A stretch of 64,000 bases of DNA. Source: Polyangiaceae bacterium. GTDB taxonomy: Bacteria; Myxococcota_A; Polyangia; Polyangiales; Polyangiaceae. The stretch's first letter is position 1, and every line of letters begins with the position of its first letter. Shown here in pieces: positions 61,236 to 64,000 of this stretch. The position numbers were made by a program, and so were the translations under genes. Location: contig JBNKBE010000002.1 in NCBI GenBank assembly GCA_050287085.1, forward strand, positions 192,001 through 256,000, read 5' to 3'. The notes under the pieces are model-generated. The model was not told the origin of the DNA. It ran no database searches and saw only the letters and a list, made by a program, of their open reading frames with translations.

Positions 61236-64000
61236 CTACGACAGACCAAGTCCCATGCCGCTGCGCAGTTCGAAGTAGGCGGGGCTTATTGCAAAGAGCA
61301 AGAGCTCGCGGGCCCGCTGTTGCCCCGGCGTCGAGACCACAGCGAACTGATCGCGAACTCGCGCCAAGGAGCGCTGCAAGTCGTTGGCCAAGATGAAGCC
61401 GGCTCGATCGGCTGTGTAGTCCACGCCTTCGACCCAACGCTTGAGGTCCAGGGCTTGGCTATCGACGAGCAGCGTCGCAACGAGCGATCGCAACTCCACG
61501 TGGACCTCGGTCGTGAGCGTGTTCTCAAGCGCCATTTGAGCTTGGGCGACCTCACCTTCGATCTCTGGAGCGACGGGAAATGTGGGAGACGCGATGCGCA
61601 GCGCGGCAAACAGCCAGATCTTCAGGTGGCTTGCTCCTTCTCCGAACGTGCGCAGAAGGAAACCCGGGCGGTAGTACGTAAGCATGCGGCCACACTCGAA
61701 GGCGAGTTCTTGTGCCTGAATCTCGTGGGTCAACAGGCGGTGCCCGATACTGAGACTACATGGCCGGGTTCGAAGAAATCTGAGTCCTTCAGGGTCGTTG
61801 CTATTTTCGAAGGTTGGCGGAGCCGCCAGCGCTAGCACACCGGCTGCGTAGTGGAGCATCTGTCCGACCGGAAACTGATGGCGAGCCAGGTGCAGCTCGT
61901 GGTTGGCGCTATACCCCAACTCGTCCAGGCTACCACCCAGGGCGTTGACGATGGCGTTTTCCAATAGGGCAAAAACGCGGGTAAGCCGCGCGTCCGCAGA
62001 GCTGTGGATCAGGCGCCCCCAATCGGCGTCCGTCGCCGCCACCTTGGCGTGTGCCGGTTCTTCGCTTCGCATGCGAGTGAAGAACTTCTCCTCATCTGGT
62101 TCGGCCAGATTGAGCGCGGAGAGCGCTTGACACAAGCACCAAGCGCCGTCGGCCTTCTTGCTCTTGGTATATAGTTTGCGCAGCGCGCGGTAGGCTTCCG
62201 GGCGGTACGGATCTCGCTCCAGCACCGCCTGTTGCAAGGCCAGGCCCCGCTCGAAGTAGCGCTCGGAGTGCTCGCGATAGAGCTCGGTGAGCCGGGCCAG
62301 AAGCGAGGCGTCGTCGGGGGCAGCCTTGCGCGCCGCAGCCAGTGCGTCGGCCTCCTCGCTGGTCCGGCCAAGGTCGCGAAAAAGATCAGCCAACTGAACG
62401 AGGACCTCCGTCAGTCGCGGCTTGTCATTCGCTGCGCTGGCAGCTTCGGCACAGGCACGCAGAAGGGCTTCCGCTTTTTCAGGCTTTTCAAGCTTAAGAT
62501 AAAGAGAGAGCCGCTCCCTCGTAGCCTTTGCGTTTGATGGGTCGAGTTCGCTGACCAGCTCGAAGAGCTCCAGCGCCTGCTCGAAGCGTTCGAGCTCGCG
62601 CACGCAGACCATTGCTGCGGTCATCAAGTACTTCGAGCGCTGCAGAGCGTCATCTTGGAAGTCAGCGAGCTTCAACACGATCGAAACGAGCTGCTCCCAG
62701 TCTTTGCCAGCGCTGTACAGTTGCATGAGGCGGGCCAGCAGATTTCGATCCTCCGGGTGCAGTTCGAGTGCGGCGACGTAGCTTTGGGCCGCGCGCGGGG
62801 CGTCCTGGAGCTTGTCGGCGGCAATTTCTCCCATCCGCACGTGGACCGAAACGCGCTCCGCTTCGTCTACCATCGTGAGCAGCTCTTGGTAGAGCTCCAG
62901 GGCTCGCTCCCACGCCTCTCGGGTCTCCGCGAGCAAGGCGAGGGCATGCACTGGCTCTGAGAGCTTCCCGTCGAGGTTTCGGACGTCTGTGAGCAATTGC
63001 TCCGCCCGTTCGACATCGCCTTGACGTCTGACAAGCTCGGCATGGCGATAGCGTGCGATAGCTTCTTGCGACGGGGATAGGCTGCCGTCGAAGCGCTCGA
63101 GTTGCTGCGCCAGACGGCTTTCGGCACCGTCCGGCGCGCCATAGCGAAACCAGGCTTCACAGGCCTCCCATTCCAGTTCGCGGTCCTCCGGGAGACGTTC
63201 AAGAACCACGTCCCACAGCGCCAGAGCGGTATCCGTCGCCGTGTCCACTGTCAGCCGAGCCGCTGGAGCGAACAGTTCCCGCGCGGTGTCGACGTCGAGT
63301 TTCGCTGCATGTGGCAGCAAGCGCAGTGCGGCCGCTGCCACCTCGCTCTGGGACTTCTCATCAATGTGAGCTCGGAGCAGCACCTGGAGAGCTTCCAGGT
63401 TGTCTGCGTCCAGTTCGAGAGCCTCGCACGCCAGTGTCTTGGCTTCGCCCCCTTTCGCCGTCTCGCCCGAGAGGATGGTGGCGGCGCGAGCCAAGAGTGC
63501 CGCTTGCGCTTCTAGCCCAGTGGTCGCTTGCGCCGCGCGTTGCAGAAGCTTCGCCGCATCGCCGCCCCGTCCTAGCTTCCGATAGAGTTCGCCTAGCTTT
63601 TCTGTTCCTTCAGAGAGCGTCGGCTGGAGTTCAAGCGCCTGCTCCCAACGTTTCGCTGCTTCCGCTAGCTCCCCTCGTGCGCTCAACAGTTCGGCCGACT
63701 GCCGCAGGCCGTCTACGCGCTTCGCTGGCTCATCGGCAAGGGTCACCAGCTGGTCGAGAGCCTTCAGCGCTGCCGTGGCATCCCCCTCCTCTTGCCGCAG
63801 CTTAACTAATGCGCTCAACGCTGTGGTGTCCTGGGGAACCAGGACTAGCACCTGCTCATAGCATTCGATCGCCGCGGATACGTCATGCAAGCGCTCTTCG
63901 AGGAGTTGGGCTCGCGCCGTGAGCAGATTGCGCTTGCGCTTCGGGTCGCTCAAAATCTGCGCATGCCGGGCCAGCGCGTCGCTCAGCTCGGGCCAGCGTT
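61236..64000 (-). CDS. Large TPR protein, C-terminal part (starts beyond the window), ending in an M48-peptidase-like domain without HExxH
   Basis: Frame is open from the window edge (RWPELSDALARHAQILSDPKRKR...). TPR units match the style of the 3766-aa protein. C-terminus contains ELAFECGRML and TADRAGFILANDL. Confidence 0.85.
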   Translation of the reverse strand, partial: RWPELSDALARHAQILSDPKRKRNLLTARAQLLEERLHDVSAAIECYEQVLVLVPQDTTALSALVKLRQEEGDATAALKALDQLVTLADEPAKRVDGLRQSAELLSARGELAEAAKRWEQALELQPTLSEGTEKLGELYRKLGRGGDAAKLLQRAAQATTGLEAQAALLARAATILSGETAKGGEAKTLACEALELDADNLEALQVLLRAHIDEKSQSEVAAAALRLLPHAAKLDVDTARELFAPAARLTVDTATDTALALWDVVLERLPEDRELEWEACEAWFRYGAPDGAESRLAQQLERFDGSLSPSQEAIARYRHAELVRRQGDVERAEQLLTDVRNLDGKLSEPVHALALLAETREAWERALELYQELLTMVDEAERVSVHVRMGEIAADKLQDAPRAAQSYVAALELHPEDRNLLARLMQLYSAGKDWEQLVSIVLKLADFQDDALQRSKYLMTAAMVCVRELERFEQALELFELVSELDPSNAKATRERLSLYLKLEKPEKAEALLRACAEAASAANDKPRLTEVLVQLADLFRDLGRTSEEADALAAARKAAPDDASLLARLTELYREHSERYFERGLALQQAVLERDPYRPEAYRALRKLYTKSKKADGAWCLCQALSALNLAEPDEEKFFTRMRSEEPAHAKVAATDADWGRLIHSSADARLTRVFALLENAIVNALGGSLDELGYSANHELHLARHQFPVGQMLHYAAGVLALAAPPTFENSNDPEGLRFLRTRPCSLSIGHRLLTHEIQAQELAFECGRMLTYYRPGFLLRTFGEGASHLKIWLFAALRIASPTFPVAPEIEGEVAQAQMALENTLTTEVHVELRSLVATLLVDSQALDLKRWVEGVDYTADRAGFILANDLQRSLARVRDQFAVVSTPGQQRARELLLFAISPAYFELRSGMGLGLS

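Overview
High-GC bacterial chromosomal segment. Its gene content points to a myxobacterium (Myxococcota, probably Polyangia-like; inferred, not tested): a membrane Hanks-type kinase with a Cys-bracketed C-terminal tail, giant TPR proteins and a gspC-N type II secretion operon. From left to right: the end of a chemosensory cluster (cheB, cheX, cheY, cheD, a second receiver); yebC; a CPBP protease; coaBC; a Ser/Thr kinase with a secreted partner gene; feoAB; tRNA-Leu(TAA); riboflavin synthase; an RNA methyltransferase; apaH; a pseudokinase-like protein; a LysM-MepA endopeptidase; a STAS protein; thiD; a GH26 mannanase; a TPR membrane protein; efp; a lipoprotein; an 11.3-kb (3766 aa) TPR gene coupled to a class IV aminotransferase; dnaX-recR-ridA; bioA; a sigma-54 enhancer-binding response regulator directly upstream of a 13-gene T2SS operon; a Na/Pi symporter; a hybrid sensor kinase with a degenerate ATPase domain; and the C-terminal part of a second large TPR protein. 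I saw no mobile element, prophage, rRNA or CRISPR array. Best leads: (i) a readable sigma-54 circuit for the T2SS (-24/-12 promoter, two phased palindromic enhancer candidates, and a similar site over the regulator's own start codon); (ii) an extra GspG-like pseudopilin lacking the prepilin cleavage motif; (iii) two large TPR scaffolds, one ending in an M48-like domain without zinc ligands; (iv) apparent pseudo-enzymes (Hanks pseudokinase, pseudo-histidine kinase); (v) the kinase plus secreted-protein module. All family assignments come from recognising motifs by eye; no database searches were run.
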